From a bacterium (lineage in GTDB: Bacteria > SAR324 > NAC60-12): DNA of 14,036 nucleotides. Numbering within the stretch: the first letter of the stretch is position 1; every line of letters starts with the position of its first letter. Where the stretch lies: positions 1 to 14,036 of the forward strand of contig CBDDTI010000144.1 in assembly GCA_965233585.1 (NCBI GenBank). The letters run 5' to 3'. The translations under genes and the position numbers were made by a program. Under the pieces are notes generated by a model, which saw only the letters and a program-made list of their open reading frames with translations, did not search any database and had not been told where the DNA came from. Below are positions 9,941 through 14,036 of this stretch, piece by piece.

Positions 9941-10228
9941 AAGTGGAGCGTGCGAAACTCTCCACCCAGCTGGGGAATACATCTTCCAATGGGTTTGAAT
10001 CCCGTTTACGTTATGTGGAGCTCGTGAAACTCTCTATTGACCCTGATGATAATTTCATTTTCCAATGTGTTTGAATCTGTTCAATTTAAGTGGAGCATGT
10101 AAAACTCTTCACTCAGGTGGTGAATTCATTTTCCAATGGGTTTCAATCCCGCTTATTTTAAGTGGAGCACGTGAAACTCTTCATTGATCGAGCTGGGAAT
10201 TGCATCTTTGAACTGGTTTCAATTCTGT
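9941..10228. repeat. Four-copy tandem repeat with 72/75/72-bp spacing, arranged as two ~147-bp dimers
   Basis: Units start at 9941, 10013, 10088 and 10160 with A(A/T)GTGGAGC..G..AAACTCT and share CAT(C/T)TT..AA..G.TTT(G/C)AAT. Units 1 and 3 share CCAATGGGTTT.AATCCCG; units 2 and 4 share ATTGA.C and CTGT. Confidence 0.9.
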
Positions 10229-10623
10229 GTACAGCAATTTCAATTTCAAGATTTGGTTGTCTTTTAATTTCAATGTTGGCAAAGTATTTTTTTCAATTTA
10301 TAACAGAGTTTTTTGTTCTTACTTTTTAGTTGTTACAATGGTTATTTTTACAATGAAATAACTTATTCTTCGTTTTGGTTGTTGTTTTTCTCGTTTTTTT
10401 TTTTTTTTCATTTAGCGTTTTTTATCATTTGGAGTTAAGTCACAATCCAGAAAGCTTTCATACGATGTGGAAAGTATCATCTCAGTTACTGGATGGCATT
10501 GTAAAATCTATGAGCTGTAACTCAAACCATGCCGAACGCTTTTTTTGCTGCTGGATTTAATAATTTCATTATAATACATGCACTACTAACCATCGTAACT
10601 AAGGAGAAAGTCACTAATTTTAC

Positions 10624-10709
10624 CTGAACAGATGCCGTGAATTGACCCAAGGATACGGTCAGGGTTAAAATAAGATCCACTTCTTTAGTTGCTGATGGCT
10701 TTGTGGAAC
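10624..10709 (-). pseudogene. Exon downstream of the CUB-like exon (S/T linker followed by a beta-strand segment)
   Basis: 86 nt with a phase-1 start and a strong phase-0 donor CAG|GTAAAA. It reads (G)STKPSATKEVDLILTLTVSLGQFTASVQ with no stop and joins in frame to the 11360 donor. The acceptor is an atypical GAG. Confidence 0.5.
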
Positions 10710-10753
10710 CTCAATATGTTCCATAAATAAGTTATTTGCATTCATTTCTCTAG

Positions 10754-10851
10754 GAATATCGATGTTCGTGTGTCGATCAAGTCCACTGTGCTTCCTCAGT
10801 TTTATTTTTTTAACCAGTCTGTTTGCTGTCTGGCCCATTTCCACTCCAGCG
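10754..10851 (+). other. Candidate plus-strand exon encoding a signal-peptide-like N-terminus
   Basis: Acceptor TTCATTTCTCTAG|, ATG at 10762, MFVCRSSPLCFLSFIFLTSLFAVWPISTPA, donor GCG|GTATGA. No convincing downstream exon was found. Confidence 0.3.
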
Positions 10852-11137
10852 GTATGATATGTTTTATCAAACTGAAACCAGGGCGTAGTTTTTCGGATGT
10901 AAAGAAAATAATGTACAAGTAAATCGTTCGTAATCAAAGTTACTAATAAAAACGTACGGAAACGTTTGGTAGCTTTTGGGAATGATTAGTTTACTGATAA
11001 AACATAAGATAAAACAATTCAAGGGCGCAAAAGTCGCTATCTGGCTCGCATCGAGTTGTTGTGTGCATTAGAAATCGAAACTAAATTATTTATTGTGTCT
11101 TGTCATAGTGGTAGTTGTTCGGGAATGTTCCAGGAAA

Positions 11138-11218
<81 letters not shown>

Positions 11219-11359
11219 GAGCGTTCAAGTGTGGCTGTGTCACTGTAGTTATTCGGAGCACTTTTGCGATAGTAAAAGTACAACATAGTTGGTAAAAATG
11301 TAAACAAAAAATAACAACATTGTCTTCATCAGTAAAATAGAAGGAAAAGTTCCTGTTAC

Positions 11360-11524
11360 CTCTCTTTAAGTAGTTTCCTCCGACTGAACTTCCTCTAGGT
11401 CTCCCGAGTCTATCGCTCGACAGGTTGATAAATGCGGTTAAAGGTTTTGTGAAGGAGGTGACATCGACGAAGGAAAATGTATCATTTCATCACAGTTTGT
11501 CGGCTGTGGTACAGTTATGAAATC
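11360..11524 (-). pseudogene. Decayed exon resembling the C-terminal half of a CUB domain
   Basis: 165-nt symmetric phase 1-1 exon (TCTTCAGAATTTCTAG| ... AG|GTAAC) reading GFHNCTTADKL**NDTFSFVDVTSFTKPLTAFINLSSDRLGRPRGSSVGGNYLKR. If TGA-TGA was TGY-GGA this gives KLCG...S...L....SSD....RG.....Y, the CUB C-terminal pattern. Confidence 0.55.
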
Positions 11525-12431
11525 CTAGAAATTCTGAAGATGGTAGATCCGACGTGTAATTAACAACTTTGAGATTTCATTGTTTGAATAAACACTGCCA
11601 TGATCATCAAGCGAGGCTCGATCAAACTTGTTCAGAGAAGCGGATGATCTTGCTCAGTGTCAAAGTAAATCTTGTGGTAACGCTTTCTATGGAGAATATT
11701 CTTCCGTTCTTTTAAACCTCATCTTGGCCGTTAATAGTTAGCTTAAGCGAAGTTGTTCAAACTATGTTCAAAACTGAAGTTGTTCATTTGCTGCAGAGAA
11801 GTTTGAGTCCGTTATGAATTCAATTTTAAAACTTGAGTGCTGATGCGCGCATGGCAGAATAAAATAGTGTCATCACTTTAAAAAATGCAAATGAGCCAGC
11901 TTGCCGCGAAGGTGCATGCTTAATTCTACTTAATTGCATAACATTAAGTGTTGCTTCAGGTGCGGTTACACGGAATGACGGTTATTCATTCGCCAAAAAT
12001 AAAGAACGTGCAATTGATTTAGAGACCTATTAATTGGAAACAAATAAACATTTTCCTGGCGATTTGAAAACCGGCCAGGAGTAGCGTCATTTTCGAGAAT
12101 TCGATGACAAAAAAAATACCATATTATAAACAAATACAACAAGTTTACATACATTTGTTTATTGAGGGCTTTTCATCTACAATGTAAAAGTTGATATGAA
12201 TAAATTACACTGCCTATCTCAAAGGAATGTCAGTCTTTTTTTCTCCCTCTCTACTTTTTCTTTTCTTGCTCTCCTCTCTCTATGTTTTTTCATCGCTCGG
12301 AGTGATATTAAGGCCGATCGGAAGTGTAAAATCAAAGTGCATATGGCTGTTTTGGTGCTAACCTTGACACATTTTCCATAAATTCAGTCATATATACAAT
12401 TGGAACAAAACTGTGAAAGCTCAAGTTATAA

Positions 12432-12603
12432 AAGAATTGGTTCATGCTTTTAGCTGTGCGTATATCGAGTTATGGATGACTTGGGAAGTTTGGAGAACAC
12501 TCAAGAAGCTAGAGTTGCTCTCGGCTATCGCCTCGAGCAACTCTTACGCCTCCCGCGTGCTTCCATAACTCGATATACACACGCTAAGCTTGAACCAATT
12601 CTT
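12432..12603. mobile_element. Long palindromic non-autonomous element
   Basis: AAGAATTGGTTCA..GCTT..AGC..TATATCGAGTTATGGA pairs with TCCATAACTCGATATA..GCTAAGCTTGAACCAATTCTT. The inner stem AGAGTTGCTC/GAGCAACTCT surrounds TCGGCTATCGCCTC. The right arm lacks about 20 nt present in the left arm. Confidence 0.85.
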
Positions 12604-12740
12604 AAGGACGTTCGCGCCCAAAAGTTCCCACGCACAGATTTTGTTAAAACTTTGACTACAGGTAGAAAATGATAAAATTAGATTAAAAACGTAAAAAAAA
12701 AAATCGGGGATCACCGAACTCGTTTTGAAGATATAAGGCG
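12602..12740 (+). mobile_element. Left end of a probable Kolobok-like non-autonomous DNA transposon
   Basis: Begins TTAA-GG(ACGTTCGCGCCC); TTAA followed by RR is the Kolobok terminal signature. It contains TTCCCACGCACAGATTTT and A-run-TCGGGGATCACCGA motifs that recur at 13011-13099. No matching right end was seen. Confidence 0.4.
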
Positions 12741-12922
12741 TATCACAGACCATAGCATTTCTAGGATTTCCAGTCACTCGAGGCGATTCGGGCCGTATTC
12801 ATTACTATTGGCATATATTTAAGCTGAAGAATCATATCTAAGTATGTGTGTTTAAGACAGCATATATAGGCTTATTTGATAAATCTTTGTTACATATGTC
12901 ATTAATTTAGGTAGCCTTGGCC

Positions 12923-13260
12923 TTAAAAAAGGTAACTTCTAAGTCGCGCACACCTGTATCCATGTACTAATTCGACCCTATTTGAATAGTATATGAGAAA
13001 CAATTAAAACTTCCTATGCACAGATTTTTTTTGTTTTTTAGTATAATGGGAAGAATCAGAAAAGGAAGTGATCTGCCGAAAAAAAGTGGGGGTCACCGAG
13101 CATCCAACAAAAATATTCGGAGATCAAGTTACCGCAAAGTTCATCAGCTCTATATTTTGTTGAGTTTCGACTCGGTGCGCCCGCTTGAAATACATGACGT
13201 GGCAAGCGCCACGTCATATGTATAGCGTGCGCACCAGAGATACGCAGTAGCTAGTCAACA
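12923..13260 (+). mobile_element. Second related non-autonomous element fragment containing a GC-rich hairpin
   Basis: TTCCTATGCACAGATTTT (13011) and A-run-GTGGGGGTCACCGA (~13080-13099) mirror the motifs at 12625 and ~12700-12717 with similar spacing. A hairpin lies at 13174-13235. The boundaries are uncertain. Confidence 0.35.
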
Positions 13261-13384
13261 TACATTTTCAAAAAGTATAACCGTTAAAATTTTGTCAAAA
13301 GCTATTTATACTGTGTCAATTACTTGACAGAAACAGCTGCAGTAGATAATTAGGAGGTTTCAAACTTAAACTGTCTGTAAAGAG

Positions 13385-13626
13385 ACTAGCCGCCTCTGGA
13401 TTACGATGTCTGCCCACTTTTAAAAACAGCCTACCCTTACAAGCTCCAAAAAAATATATATATATATCAATTTTTAAACATTTTATGGACAGTTACAGTT
13501 ATAAGGAACTGAACCATTTTATTACGTAAAGTATAATTTTCTTGTTTTAATTGTTGGGCTTCATCCAATGCTTTGCTTTTTAATGTTTTGGTGTCTGACA
13601 TCTTAGGTTTTTTTATGTCATTGTTG
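13385..13626 (+). mobile_element. Second fragment of the same CR1/L2 LINE 3' end, inverted relative to 718-936
   Basis: ACTAGCCGCCTCTGGA (13385-13400) is the exact reverse complement of 921-936. Colinear matches continue through GGAACTGAACCATTTT, TAATTTTCTTGTTTTAATTG, ATCCAATGCTTT and TCATTGTTG. Confidence 0.88.
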
Positions 13627-13862
13627 CCCGTCCGAGGAAAATGCCCGGATGGATAGTAGTCGCCCGTGAATTTTTTCTATAAAGACATGGGCTTGTAGAA
13701 AATAAACTGTTGAAATTGAATTAATTGGGTTTCGTCTGTTTTCTTTTTAAAATTTCACATGTGGCTTCCACAGTGTTCATCTAAAAAAAAGTTGAAAATA
13801 ATTCAATATAATTTTTGAACTTGCCCGTGGAAGGAAATTCATTGGTGAACAATAAAGACAAT

Positions 13863-14036
13863 AGAGTGTTTCTGTCTCGGAACTATCGGTTTGATAGTTG
13901 CCCCTTGGAAATTTGATGTTCCTAAAACTAGCATATTTGCCCTCGAAAGTTCTTTTTTAGGGCAAATATCTGTTGAAGAACTTGAAATTTCCGCGGGGCA
14001 ACTATCACTCCATACGTTTCTCGACAGAAACACTCT
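13863..14036. mobile_element. Third long palindromic element (right end probably runs past the window)
   Basis: AGAGTGTTTCTGTC/GACAGAAACACTCT, TGATAGTTGCCCC..GGAAATTT/AAATTTCC..GGGGCAACTATCA and ATATTTGCCCT/AGGGCAAATAT pair around a 15-nt loop (13944-13958). Confidence 0.85.

Noticed and set aside
9941..10228. CRISPR-like array, leucine-rich-repeat coding (24-25 aa period) or functional tRNA cluster
   Set aside because: The units are similar along their whole length, so there are no unique spacers. The frames I translated on both strands hit stops and show no LxxLxL pattern. No cloverleaf was found.
11400..11528. Plus-strand reading ..FCEGGDIDEGKCIISSQFVGCGTVMKS* as a ZP-N-like fragment
   Set aside because: It rests on a 4-residue GCGT motif, contains a stop and lacks a donor site. 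The minus-strand reading has both splice sites and phase agreement with the next exon.
11880..12050. Enhancer-like cluster (octamer ATGCAAAT, TAATT, TAAACA)
   Set aside because: Short AT-rich motifs are expected by chance at this base composition, and there is no independent support.
12472..12777. ORFs 12472-12672 (+) and 12544-12777 (-), likewise 2284-2478, 13016-13225 and 13839-14033
   Set aside because: They lie within or across non-coding palindromic or transposon-derived elements and show no recognisable domain.
13627..13830. Repeated GCCCG motifs as hAT-type subterminal repeats
   Set aside because: Only four short motifs are present, with no identifiable terminal inverted repeat or 8-bp target duplication.

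Overview
AT-rich eukaryotic genomic DNA with no intact protein-coding gene that I can support. The repeat families look like those I associate with cnidarian (stony coral/anemone) genomes; this is an inference and was not searched. Left to right: a pogo/Tc1-mariner-like element end (1-197); a decayed CR1/L2-type LINE 3' fragment on the minus strand (~605-1510), with a second inverted copy at 13385-13626; a long palindromic element (2155-2480) directly abutting a ~3.5-4 kb array of a 30-bp satellite (GGTAAAGATTACCTTTATTGATGGGTTGAT); a frameshifted terminal exon of RFC1 (minus, 7472-7775) plus a remnant of the preceding exon; microsatellites; a 72/75-bp four-copy repeat; decayed minus-strand exons of a CUB-domain-like extracellular protein (11360-11524, 10624-10709); and a right-hand cluster of non-autonomous elements including two more long palindromes. 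The most notable points are the 16-nt core shared by palindromes with unrelated arms, the co-oriented mosaic of dead exons from unrelated genes, and the layered internal history of the satellite. Nearly all ORFs in the supplied track appear to be artefacts of repeats or antisense shadows.
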